Under the pieces are notes generated by a model. The model ran no database searches. It was not told the origin of the DNA and saw only the letters and a list, made by a program, of their open reading frames with translations. From Diaphorobacter ruginosibacter (lineage in GTDB: Bacteria > Pseudomonadota > Gammaproteobacteria > Burkholderiales > Burkholderiaceae_C): 64,000 bases of DNA. The position numbers were made by a program, and so were the translations under genes. This document shows, in pieces, positions 35,428-44,628 of this stretch (position 1 is the stretch's first letter; every line of letters starts with the position of its first letter). The DNA lies in NCBI RefSeq assembly GCF_014395975.1, contig NZ_CP060714.1, positions 4,463,686 through 4,527,685 on the forward strand, read 5' to 3'.

Positions 35428-36837
35428 ATGAAATCAGAGGCTTGCTGCCCCGCCCTGCTGATTGCCGCTCCTGCCTCGGGCCAGGGGAAGACCACGGTGA
35501 CCTCGGCCCTGGCCCACCTGCTCGCCGCGCGCGGCAAGCGGGTGCGGGTGTTCAAGTGCGGTCCGGACTTCCTGGATCCGACCTGGCTGGCCCTGGCCAG
35601 CGGCCAGCCTGTGGACAACCTCGACCTCGCCATGTGCGGACGCTCCGACATCGAGCAGCGCCTGGCGCAGGCGGCCGCCGACAGCGACGTGATCCTCGTC
35701 GAGGCCGTGATGGGGCTCTTCGATGGCACGCGCAGCGCGGCGGACATCGCGGCGCTGTGGAACCTGCCCGTGCTCCTGGTGATCGACGCCTCGGCGATGG
35801 CCGAAACCTTCGGGGCCCTGGCCTTCGGCCTTGCCAACTACCGGCCGGGCCTGCGGATCGCGGGCGTGCTGGCCAATCGTGTCGCAAGCGAGCGGCATGC
35901 GCAGATGCTGCGGCGCTCCGTGACGCCCGATGTGCGCTGGCTCGGCCACCTGCCGCGACAGAACGCCTCCGGCCAGAAGCCCATGCCCTCGCGCCACCTG
36001 GGACTGCTGCCCGCCGACGAATTGCATGATGCACAGGACCGCCTGGCCGAACTGGCACAGAGCCTCGGGCAGTCGGATCTGGGGCAGCTTCCATGGGAGG
36101 ATTGGCTCGCGCACTGGCAGGTGCAGTTTCCGGCACCGGCAACCGGCAGTGCAGGTGATGCCGCCGCGACCGAAAACGGGCTGCTTTCCGGTCGCACCAT
36201 CGCGATAGCGCGCGACGCGGCATTCAGCTTCATCTACCCCGCCAACCTCGCGTTCCTGCAGGCGCAAGGCGCCCGGTTGGCCTTCTTCTCGCCGCTGGCA
36301 GGCGACCCGCTGCCCGCCTGCGATGCGCTCTGGCTGCCCGGCGGCTATCCGGAGCTGCACACCGAGGCGCTGGGTCGCAGGCAGGATCTCGCGGTACAGA
36401 TTGGCGCGCACTGGCAGGCAGGCAAGCCCATCTGGGCCGAATGCGGGGGCATGCTGGCGCTCATGCGGGAGCTCCACTGGCCCGCCCGGGAACTGCGGGC
36501 TCCGCTGCTGGGCGTCATACCCGGCGAGGTGACACAGCACCAGCGCCTGCAGGGACTGGGCATGCAGGGCTGGCAAAGCCCCTGGGGACTGCTGCGCGGG
36601 CATGGTTTCCATCACTCCAGCTGCGAAACCAGCCTGCCCGTGCTGGGCCATACGCAGCGCCTGATCGACGAACACGAGCTCGATGCGCAATCGCGCCTCG
36701 AACCCGTCTATTCACAGGGCTCGCTGCGCGCGAGCTATTTCCACGCGTGGTTCCCCTCGAACCCACGCGCGGCGGCCGGCCTGTTCACCGCGCCCGATCC
36801 GACGACGAGCCCTCTTCCCGGATCCGCCAGCGCTTGA
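35428..36837 (+). CDS. cobB: cobyrinate a,c-diamide synthase (CobB/CbiA)
   Basis: [32 protein letters not shown]..., an ATP-binding N-domain, and a C-terminal GATase1 domain. Confidence 0.85.
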   Translation: MKSEACCPALLIAAPASGQGKTTVTSALAHLLAARGKRVRVFKCGPDFLDPTWLALASGQPVDNLDLAMCGRSDIEQRLAQAAADSDVILVEAVMGLFDGTRSAADIAALWNLPVLLVIDASAMAETFGALAFGLANYRPGLRIAGVLANRVASERHAQMLRRSVTPDVRWLGHLPRQNASGQKPMPSRHLGLLPADELHDAQDRLAELAQSLGQSDLGQLPWEDWLAHWQVQFPAPATGSAGDAAATENGLLSGRTIAIARDAAFSFIYPANLAFLQAQGARLAFFSPLAGDPLPACDALWLPGGYPELHTEALGRRQDLAVQIGAHWQAGKPIWAECGGMLALMRELHWPARELRAPLLGVIPGEVTQHQRLQGLGMQGWQSPWGLLRGHGFHHSSCETSLPVLGHTQRLIDEHELDAQSRLEPVYSQGSLRASYFHAWFPSNPRAAAGLFTAPDPTTSPLPGSASA

Positions 36838-39055
36838 GCAGCAGTGCATTGGTCATCACGCTGACCGAGCTCAACGCCATCGCGGCGCCCGCCACCACCG
36901 GGCTCAGGAAGCCCAGGGCCGCCAGGGGAATGCCGGCCACGTTGTACGCAAACGCCCAGAACAGGTTCTGGCGGATCTTGCGCACCGTGCGATGCGAGAT
37001 GTCGAGCGCCGCCGCGACGAGCTTGGGATCGCCGCGCATCAGCGTGATACCGGCCGCATGCATCGCCACGTCCGTGCCATTGCCCATGGCCATGCCCACG
37101 TCTGCCGCAGCGAGCGCGGGCGCGTCGTTCACGCCATCCCCCACCATCGCGACCACATGGCCGCCCTGCTGGAGCTGCTTCACCGCGGCCGCCTTGTCTC
37201 CCGGCAGCACCTCGGCCATGACCTCGCCCCGATCGGGGTCGAGCCCCAGGCGCCGCGCCATGGCATAGGCGGCCCCCTTGTTGTCGCCCGAAATCATCAC
37301 GCAGCGCACACCCTGGGCCTTGAGCTCGGCCAGCGCCTCCATCGCTCCGGGCTTGGGTTCGTCGCCAAACGCCAGCAGGGAGATCGCCACCAGCCCACTC
37401 GTGCGTCGCTCGGCGACCGCGGACACCGTGGCACCCTTTTCCTGCAGATCGGTCGCCTGGGCCGCCAATGCCCCCAGGTCGACATTCAGCTCCTGCATCC
37501 AGCGCAGGCTGCCGATCAGGTAGCTCCTTCCCGCCACCTCGCCTTCCGTGCCGCGGCCGGGCACGGCGCGCACGCCATCGGGCTCGGGAATCGCCACGCC
37601 ACGCTCCTTGGCAGCCGCCACCACGGCTCGCGCCAGCGGGTGCTCGCTGCCGCTCTGCACACTCGCCACCGCGGCAAGGACGGCGGACTGATCGGCCAAC
37701 TCAGCGGCCGATGGTTCCACGTGAAACGCGATCAGCCTGGGCTGGCCCACGGTCAGCGTGCCTGTCTTGTCGAAAGCCACGGTATCGACACGGTGGGCCA
37801 GCTCCAGCGCCTCGGCGTCCTTGATCAGAATGCCGTTCTTCGCGGCCACGCCGGTGCCGGCCATGATCGCCGCGGGGGTCGCCAGGCCCAGCGCACAGGG
37901 ACAGGCGATCACCAGCACCGCCACCGCATGGATCAGAGCGGCCTCCACGCCGGCGCCGTAGGCCATCCAGCCAAGGAAGGTGAGCAAGGCGATCACCAGC
38001 ACCACGGGCACGAAGATGGCCGACACCTTGTCCACGGTGCGCTGGATCGGGGCCTTGGCCGCCTGCGCATCCTCCACCAGGCGGATGATCCGCGCCAGCA
38101 CGGTCTCCGAGCCCACGGCCGAGACCTGCATCACGATGCGGCCGTCGCCGTTGATCGAGCCCCCCGTGAGCTGTGACCCGGCCTCGCGCACCACCGGCAG
38201 CGGCTCGCCGGTCAGCATCGATTCATCGACCTGCGTATGACCCTCGACGACCACTCCGTCCACCGGCACGCGCTCGCCGGGGCGCACCACCAGCTTGTCG
38301 CCCGCCATCACCTCGGCGATCGGCACGTCCACTTCACCGTCGCGCCCCATCAGGTGGGCCACATCGGGCCGCAGCGCATGCAGCGCGCGGATGGCCGCCG
38401 TGGTCTGCCGCTTGGCCCGGGCCTCCAGCCACTTGCCCAGCAGCACCAGCGTGATCACCACCGCCGAGGCCTCGAAGTACAGGTGCGGCGTGTGGCCCGG
38501 ATGCGCGGTGAGCCACAGCCACAAGGACAGCCCGAAGCCCGCGCTGGTGCCGATCGCCACCAGCAGGTCCATGTTGCCCGACAGCGCCCGGGCCGCATGC
38601 CAGCCCGCCTTGTAGAAGCGCGCACCCAGGATGAACTGCACGGGCGCGGCCAGCAGGAACTGCGCCCAGGCTGGCAGCATCCAGTGCTGGCCGAACAGGT
38701 CGCCGAACATCGGCAGCACCAGCGGCGCGGACAACAGCAGGCCGATCGCGACCGGCATGAAGCCCGCCCAGGGCGACTTCGATTCCTCGCTCGCTTCCTG
38801 CTCCGCCACGGAGCGCGGCTCGTAGCCCGCATTGCGCACCGCGCGGCGCAGGATCGCATCGATATCGGCCTGCGTCGCTGCATCGCCGAGCGTGATGTGT
38901 GCACGCTCGGTGGCCAGGTTCACCGTGGCGTCCTGCACGCCTGGAACCTTGCGCAGCGCACGCTCGACGCGCCCCACGCAGCTCGCGCAGGTCATGCCGC
39001 CGATGCCGAGATCGACTACCGAAACAGGAGTTGGGGTGGTTGCAGTGTTGTTCAT
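36785..39055 (-). CDS. copA: copper-translocating P-type ATPase CopA
   Basis: GMTCASC HMA motif, CPC, DKTGT, and GDGVNDAP. Start set at ATG 39055 because the MerR-type promoter occupies the upstream candidate starts. Confidence 0.9.
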   Translation of the reverse strand: MNNTATTPTPVSVVDLGIGGMTCASCVGRVERALRKVPGVQDATVNLATERAHITLGDAATQADIDAILRRAVRNAGYEPRSVAEQEASEESKSPWAGFMPVAIGLLLSAPLVLPMFGDLFGQHWMLPAWAQFLLAAPVQFILGARFYKAGWHAARALSGNMDLLVAIGTSAGFGLSLWLWLTAHPGHTPHLYFEASAVVITLVLLGKWLEARAKRQTTAAIRALHALRPDVAHLMGRDGEVDVPIAEVMAGDKLVVRPGERVPVDGVVVEGHTQVDESMLTGEPLPVVREAGSQLTGGSINGDGRIVMQVSAVGSETVLARIIRLVEDAQAAKAPIQRTVDKVSAIFVPVVLVIALLTFLGWMAYGAGVEAALIHAVAVLVIACPCALGLATPAAIMAGTGVAAKNGILIKDAEALELAHRVDTVAFDKTGTLTVGQPRLIAFHVEPSAAELADQSAVLAAVASVQSGSEHPLARAVVAAAKERGVAIPEPDGVRAVPGRGTEGEVAGRSYLIGSLRWMQELNVDLGALAAQATDLQEKGATVSAVAERRTSGLVAISLLAFGDEPKPGAMEALAELKAQGVRCVMISGDNKGAAYAMARRLGLDPDRGEVMAEVLPGDKAAAVKQLQQGGHVVAMVGDGVNDAPALAAADVGMAMGNGTDVAMHAAGITLMRGDPKLVAAALDISHRTVRKIRQNLFWAFAYNVAGIPLAALGFLSPVVAGAAMALSSVSVMTNALLLKRWRIREEGSSSDRAR

Positions 39056-39072
39056 GGATTGGAAGTTAAGGT

Positions 39073-39093
39073 TTGACATGATGTGAAGGTCAA
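39073..39093 (-). promoter_or_regulatory. MerR/CueR-type operator-promoter for copA
   Basis: Read on the minus strand: TTGACC -35, dyad TTGAC-N11-GTCAA, 19-bp spacer, TTAACT -10. Confidence 0.65.
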
Positions 39094-39186
39094 GCCCTTT
39101 CTGCCCTTTCTTTTCATTTTTTTGCGTTGTCCCATGTGTGGACGCACCGGCGTCGTCATAGCCGGCACGTTCATCCCATGAACCGC

Positions 39187-39207
39187 TTGACTCTGACATG
39201 GTGTCAA
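39187..39207 (+). promoter_or_regulatory. MerR/CueR-type operator-promoter for copZ-cueR
   Basis: TTGACtctgacatggtGTCAA dyad, identical half-sites to the copA operator, about 80 nt upstream of copZ. Confidence 0.6.
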
Positions 39208-39286
39208 GGTACACCATGGCATCGGTTCATTTCGATCCATTGAATTCCTCGAATTCATTCCATTCACCGCTCACAAGGAGAAACCC

Positions 39287-39484
39287 ATGAAATACACATT
39301 CCAGGTTCAAGGCATGACCTGCGGCCATTGCGAACGCGCCGTGGTGCATGCAGTGCGTGAAGTCGATGCCGATGCGCTCGTCAAGGTCGACCTGCCCACC
39401 GGCCAGGTCACCGTGGAGAGCGACAAGTCGCGCGATGCGCTGGCCAACGCCATTCAGGAAGAAGGCTACAAAGTCGCGGCATGA
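39287..39484 (+). CDS. copZ: copper chaperone CopZ (HMA domain)
   Basis: MKYTFQVQGMTCGHCERAV, 65 aa. AAGGAG RBS. Confidence 0.85.
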   Translation: MKYTFQVQGMTCGHCERAVVHAVREVDADALVKVDLPTGQVTVESDKSRDALANAIQEEGYKVAA

Positions 39485-39969
39485 CCACCACGTCCGCCCC
39501 GAGATCCCCCGCCGTCCGGACACCGCCCGTGCGCTGGCCCGTGGCGATCGGCGTGGCGGCCGAACGCGCCGGTGTCTCGGCGCGCATGGTGCGCCACTAT
39601 GAGTCGCTCGGCCTGCTGCCGGGCGTCTCGCGCACCGACAGCGGCTATCGGCAATACAACGAGGCCGACGTGCACACGCTGCGCTTCATACGCCGCTCGC
39701 GTGATCTCGGTTTCTCGATGGAGGAAATCGCCACGCTGCTCGGCCTGTGGAAAGACAAGGAGCGCGCAAGCGCGGAGGTCAAGAAAGTGGCCCAGGCCCA
39801 TATCCTCAACCTGTCCGAACGCATTGTGGCGATGCAGGACATCCAGCGCAGCCTGCAGACACTGGTGCATTGCTGCCATGGCGACGAGCGGCCGGACTGT
39901 CCGATCCTCGAAGAGCTGGCCAGCGAACAAATCGCGCATCCGCGGAGCCATTCCGAGCCTGCGCCCTGA
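39481..39969 (+). CDS. cueR: Cu(I)-responsive MerR-family regulator CueR
   Basis: MerR HTH (GVSARMVRHYESLGLL) and C-terminal metal loop CCHGDERPDCPI. ATGA overlap with copZ. Confidence 0.9.
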   Translation: MTTTSAPRSPAVRTPPVRWPVAIGVAAERAGVSARMVRHYESLGLLPGVSRTDSGYRQYNEADVHTLRFIRRSRDLGFSMEEIATLLGLWKDKERASAEVKKVAQAHILNLSERIVAMQDIQRSLQTLVHCCHGDERPDCPILEELASEQIAHPRSHSEPAP

Positions 39970-40162
39970 GCGCGCCACCCGAGCCGGCCGGACCGCCTCA
40001 GATCCGGCAAAGGAAAAACACAAGGAAAAAGAAAAGGGAGCACCGCAGAGAAACGGGCTCCCTTTTTTTCCTGGCCGGCCCGCCCGGCAGCGCTCGGGCA
40101 GGCAGTTATCCACCGGAAGGACGTCCTGCTTAAAAAACAGGCAAAACCACTGGCGCCGGCAT

Positions 40163-40468
40163 TCAGGCTGCCGAAGGTGCCGGCTTGATGAAGGCCTCGA
40201 CCTTGCCCTTGAGCGTGATGAGCAGCGGGCGCCCCTTGCGGTCCAGCGTCTTGCCCGCGGGAACCTTGATCCAGCCCTCGCTCACACAGTACTCCTCCAC
40301 GTCGAAGCGCTCCTTGCCGTTGAAGGTGATGCCGATGTCGTGCTCGAAGAACTCCGGCTTGTGGTGCGGGCTGCGGGGGTCGATGGACAGGCGATCGGGC
40401 AATGCGGGCTGGTTGTTCGCGGTATCGGTCACGGTTTTCTGATCTCTTGGTTCTGGGAAAGGCGCCAT
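40163..40468 (-). CDS. DUF3297 family protein
   Basis: 101 aa conserved hypothetical (PDRLSIDPRSPHHKPEFFEHDIGITFNGKER). Confidence 0.6.
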   Translation of the reverse strand: MAPFPEPRDQKTVTDTANNQPALPDRLSIDPRSPHHKPEFFEHDIGITFNGKERFDVEEYCVSEGWIKVPAGKTLDRKGRPLLITLKGKVEAFIKPAPSAA

Positions 40469-40599
40469 TGTCCCGCAAACATCCTGTCAGCCACTACCTG
40501 TACCCCACCAACCCGCTCCAGAGACGCTGGCCCGATCAGTTATGCAAGCTCGCTGCTCCATTGTGGCCAATGGCTTTTTCAACACCTCTCATGCTTCTA

Positions 40600-41030
40600 T
40601 TTTTATAGCAATAAATCAGTTATTCACGTGGTTTATATCACTATTTCATGAAAAATTGACGATTGTGGATAACTTTGAGGATCAATGACTGACAACCCAC
40701 CAGTTATTCACAGGCCGCCGAATTCCGTCCGATTTATCCCCATTCGACGTGCACCAGCAGCCGGGTCGGCTCCACATGCTTGCGATTCCTGCAAACCATT
40801 GAAGAAAAAAGAAAAAAACAGCTTATCCACAGGTGAGTTGCTTACTTATTACTACTAACATTCTTCAATAACACCTTTAAAGAACAACCACAGGAAAACC
40901 TTGGAGACGCCGCGCCCGGAAAAAACGGAAGGGATGCAGGAGTTCAGGGAAAAATACACAGTTATCCCTGGAAAATGCGCAGTTCCTGTGGATAACCTTG
41001 AATAACTCTGGATAACTTCTGCCCGCAACA
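40600..41030. other. DnaA-box cluster with AT-rich tract (candidate oriC or DnaA-regulatory locus)
   Basis: Perfect boxes at 40663-40671 (TGTGGATAA), 40704-40712 (TTATTCACA), 40822-40830 (TTATCCACA) and 40988-40996 (TGTGGATAA), plus several 8/9 boxes. Local AT-rich sequence at 40590-40660 and 40800-40870. Confidence 0.5.
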
Positions 41031-41051
41031 AAAAAAGCCGCTTTGGCAAAG
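41019..41051 (-). terminator. rho-independent terminator for the 41165-42418 gene
   Basis: Minus strand: GCCGCTTTGGC-TTT-GCCAAAGCGGC followed by TTTTTTTGTT. Confidence 0.7.
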
Positions 41052-41164
41052 CCAAAGCGGCGGTACGAAGCAGGCATCAGAGAGAAGGTGCGGCCGGATT
41101 TGCTTGGGCCCAACCCCACCCTGGCGCCTCTTCAAGGCACCTTACAAGCCCCTGGAGCGTTTTT

Positions 41165-42418
41165 TCAGCGCAGCATGAGGTAGCCCACCCCGATAGCCGC
41201 CACGAGCCCCACAGCGTCCGCAATCAGTGCACAGGCCAGGGCATGGCGTGCGTGGCGTACGCCCACGCTGCCGAAATACACCGCCAGCACGTAGAACGTC
41301 GTCTCCGTCGATCCCTGCACGATGGCGGCGAGGCGGCCCGCAAACGAATCCACGCCATAGGTCTGCAGCACGTCGATCATCAGTCCGCGCGCACCCGCGC
41401 CTGAGAGAACCTTCATCAGGCCCACCGGCAGGGCCGGCAGGAAATCGGTATCCAGCCCCGCCCCGCTCACTAGTGCACCGATGGCGGCCAGCACCGCGTT
41501 CATGCAGCCTGAGGCACGGAATACGCCGATCGCCACCAGGATCGCGATCAGGTACGGAACGATCTGAATCGCCACGCCGAAACCTTCCTTGGCTCCATCG
41601 ATGAAGGCGTCGTACACATTCACCCTTTTCCAGGCCCCCACCACGATGAACAGCATCACGATGCCGAGAATGACTCCGGCGCCGACGGCTCCGGTGATGC
41701 GCGCAGCCTGTTCGGCGGGCAATCGCGCGAGGGCCGTGACCAGCGCCGCCATCAGGCCGCCAAGCACCAGCACCGGCACCAGCAGCTTCGCGCGCCACAG
41801 GGGCAGGCGCTGGCAGACTGCAACGGCCATCACACCCGCGAGCAGCGAGATGAAGGTGACGATGAGCGTGGGCAGGAAGATGTCGGCCGCATTGAAGCCC
41901 GCGCCCAGGCCCTGCTTGAGCGCCACGCTCTGCCGGATGGCGATCACCGAGGTGGGAATCAGCGTGAGGCCTGCCGTGTTCATCACCACGAACATGATCT
42001 GCGCGTTGCTCGCGGTATCGGGCCGCTCGGTGTTGAGCGACTGCAGCTCACGCATGGCCTTGAGTCCGAGCGGAGTGGCCGCGTTGTCCAGGCCGAGCAG
42101 GTTGGCCGAGATGTTCATGGTCATCGCCCCCTGGGCCGGATGGCCGTCGGGTACGCCGGGAAACAGCCGCGTGAGCAGCGGGCTGGCGACGCGCGCGAGC
42201 AGCTCGATCATGCCGGCCTTCTCGCCCACGCGCATCAGCCCGAGCCACAGGCACATGATGCCGGCGAGGCCCAGCGAAATCTCGAAGCCCGAACGCGCAC
42301 CGTCGAACATTGCGGTGAGCAATGCCTGAAAGATGCCGTCGTCGCCCGTGAACCACCGCCAGAGTGCGGTGACGAAGGCTGCAATGAAGAAGCCGATCCA
42401 GACCCAGTTGAGTGCCAT
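41165..42418 (-). CDS. nucleoside-recognition (GATE) domain membrane protein, SpmA/SpmB-like fusion
   Basis: MALNWVWIGFFIAAF..., two Gate domains, about 417 aa. The upstream part of the ORF to 43048 is antisense to the response regulator. Confidence 0.8.
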   Translation of the reverse strand: MALNWVWIGFFIAAFVTALWRWFTGDDGIFQALLTAMFDGARSGFEISLGLAGIMCLWLGLMRVGEKAGMIELLARVASPLLTRLFPGVPDGHPAQGAMTMNISANLLGLDNAATPLGLKAMRELQSLNTERPDTASNAQIMFVVMNTAGLTLIPTSVIAIRQSVALKQGLGAGFNAADIFLPTLIVTFISLLAGVMAVAVCQRLPLWRAKLLVPVLVLGGLMAALVTALARLPAEQAARITGAVGAGVILGIVMLFIVVGAWKRVNVYDAFIDGAKEGFGVAIQIVPYLIAILVAIGVFRASGCMNAVLAAIGALVSGAGLDTDFLPALPVGLMKVLSGAGARGLMIDVLQTYGVDSFAGRLAAIVQGSTETTFYVLAVYFGSVGVRHARHALACALIADAVGLVAAIGVGYLMLR

Positions 42419-42482
42419 CCCCGGATGGTAGCGGCTCGGGCACGGCGAACGGGACGGCGAGCCGTGGCAGACTCGGGGCACC

Positions 42483-43121
42483 ATGACCGATCCCACGCTG
42501 CTCGTTGCCGACGACCATCCGCTGTTCCGCGCGGCGCTGATCCAGGTGCTGCACGAACGCTTTCCGCAGTTCCGTGCGCTCGAGGCCGCGAGCGCGCAGA
42601 CCCTGGGCACGGCGCTGAAGGAGCACCCGGAAATCGAACTGGTGCTGCTCGACCTGGCCATGCCCGGCGCCCGCGGCTTTTCCTCGCTGCTGCACGTGCG
42701 CGGCGAGTACCCTGAAATCCCCGTGGTGGTGATCTCGTCCAATGAACACCCGCGCGTGATCCGTCGCGCGCAGCAGTTCGGCGCGGCGGGCTTCATCCCG
42801 AAGTCCGCGTCGGCCCATGACATGGGCGCGGCGATCCAGGAAGTGCTCGATGGCGAGCTGTCTTTCCCGCACACCGATGCCGAGAGTTCGCAGGCCGATG
42901 CCGAACTGGCGGCACGCCTCGCGCAGCTCACGCCGCAGCAGTTCCGCGTGCTCATGTGCCTGGCGGACGGCCTGCTCAACAAGCAGATCGGGCACGAGCT
43001 CGGCCTGGCCGAAAACACCGTGAAGGTGCACGTCACCGCGATCCTCAAGAAACTTGAGTGCTACAGCCGCACACAGGCCGCCGTGCTGGTCAAGAGCCTG
43101 GAGCCCGAGAGCGGCATCTGA
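42483..43121 (+). CDS. NarL/FixJ-family (LuxR HTH) response regulator
   Basis: REC domain (LLVADDHPLFR...D) and C-terminal LuxR HTH (LTPQQFRVLMCLADGLLNKQIGHELGLAENTVKVH). Confidence 0.9.
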   Translation: MTDPTLLVADDHPLFRAALIQVLHERFPQFRALEAASAQTLGTALKEHPEIELVLLDLAMPGARGFSSLLHVRGEYPEIPVVVISSNEHPRVIRRAQQFGAAGFIPKSASAHDMGAAIQEVLDGELSFPHTDAESSQADAELAARLAQLTPQQFRVLMCLADGLLNKQIGHELGLAENTVKVHVTAILKKLECYSRTQAAVLVKSLEPESGI

Positions 43122-43173
43122 AACCGGTCAACCCGCTCCGGGACGCATCCGTGCCCGGTGGGCCGGCCCGCTC

Positions 43174-44051
43174 TCAACCGAGCTGATCGACCAGCAGGTC
43201 CCGTACTTCGCGCAGCACGCGGTCCTCACCACGCCTGCCGGGCAGCATCTGGAAGCTGGCCACCCCGAGCGCCGGCAGCCGCGCCGCGCGTGCGGCAACG
43301 ATATCCACACCCTCGCACGCGGCGGACTCGTTCAGGCAGGCAAACCCCAGGCCCGCCGCGAGCGCGGACTGCATGCCCGCCACACCCGAGGCCACGTGCA
43401 CCACGTCGAACGGCAGCTTGCGCTGCACGAGCGCCTTCTCGGCCAATGCGCGAAGCGTGCAGCCTTCGTTCAGCGTGACGAGCGGCAGCGGTGCGCCCCG
43501 TGCCGGCAGCTTGCCCGGTGCGGCCATCCATCGCAGGGGTTCCGTGCGCAGCGGGTGCGATCGCGCCGTCTTCTTGCCGTCCACGCGCATGGTGATGGCG
43601 ATGTCGAGTTGCCCAGCCGCATGCTCGGCCTCCACCAGGCGGCTTTTTCCCATGCTCACGCGCAGGCGCACGCCGGGGTGCTGCGTGGATAGCTTCGCGA
43701 GCAGTTGCGTGAGCTCGTTGGGCCGGAAGTAGTCGGTGATGCCCAGCCGCAGCTCGCCCGTGAGCGGCGTGCCATGCAGGTCGCGCCAGACCTCGTCGCT
43801 CAGCGCCAGCAGCCTGCGCGCATGCGCGAGCAGCAGCTGCCCTGCCGGCGTGGGCACCACGCCCGACTTGCTGCGCACCAGCAGCAGCTGTCCCGCGCGG
43901 TCCTCGAGCTTGCGCAGCTGTTCGCTGGCCGCCGATTGCGACAGGAACACCTGCGCGGCGCCGGCCGTCACGCTTCCGGCGTCCACCACATGCACGAAGG
44001 TCCTGAGTTGCTCGATGTCGAAGGCTTGCATGAATGCACAGTCTGCCCAGA
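43174..44051 (-). CDS. LysR-family transcriptional regulator
   Basis: MQAFDIEQLRTFVHVVDAGSVTAGAAQVFLSQSAASEQLRKLE. Confidence 0.85.
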
Positions 44052-44195
44052 GATTTATGAACGGATTCTCACCTGGGAAACCCACAGTTTATCCAGCGGG
44101 TTTTCCGATGGATATTAACTGATATTCCCGTTTTACCGATGAATGAAGATTGTCCAGAATGCATCCACGTACTTATCAACACAGGAGTGCACAAC

Positions 44196-44594
44196 ATGCC
44201 CCACATCGTTCTTCATCTCTCGGGCCCCGTGGATCATGGGCTGGCCAGGCGCAGTGTGGACAAGGTGATCGATCTCACCTGCCGGGTGCTCGACAAGCGG
44301 CCCGAAGTCATCTCCATACAGGTGTTGTTCACACCCAGTGAACAGTGGTTCATCGCCGGCAAGACCCTGGCCGAGACGGGACGCAGCGCGTTTCACCTGG
44401 ACATCAGCGTGACGGACGAAACCAACACCAAGGCGGAGAAGGCGCGGTTCATCCGCGAGCTGTTCGATGCGATGAAGGAGCTGCGCCCGGATCTGCACGA
44501 GGTGAGCTATGCCTACGTGATCGACGCCCGGGCCGCCGCCTACGGGTATGGCGGCAGGACGCAGGAGTACCGGCACCAGCAGGCCGGCGTGTGA
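44196..44594 (+). CDS. tautomerase-superfamily protein (Pro1 N-terminus)
   Basis: AGGAG RBS then MPHIVLHLSGPVD; the tautomerase fold uses an N-terminal Pro. Confidence 0.65.
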   Translation: MPHIVLHLSGPVDHGLARRSVDKVIDLTCRVLDKRPEVISIQVLFTPSEQWFIAGKTLAETGRSAFHLDISVTDETNTKAEKARFIRELFDAMKELRPDLHEVSYAYVIDARAAAYGYGGRTQEYRHQQAGV

Positions 44595-44628
44595 TGCGTG
44601 CGGGGCTTCCCCCGGTTCGGAACGTCGT

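Noticed and set aside
34681-36837. 718-aa plus-strand ORF spanning the PspA and YjfI genes and cobB
   Set aside because: The N-terminal about 250 codons are antisense to the pspA and yjfI homologues. The real cobB begins at ATG 35428.
37713-37728. parS-like GGTTCCACGTGAAACG inside copA
   Set aside because: It has two or three mismatches to the consensus, including the outer positions. It is probably too degenerate to list as a site.
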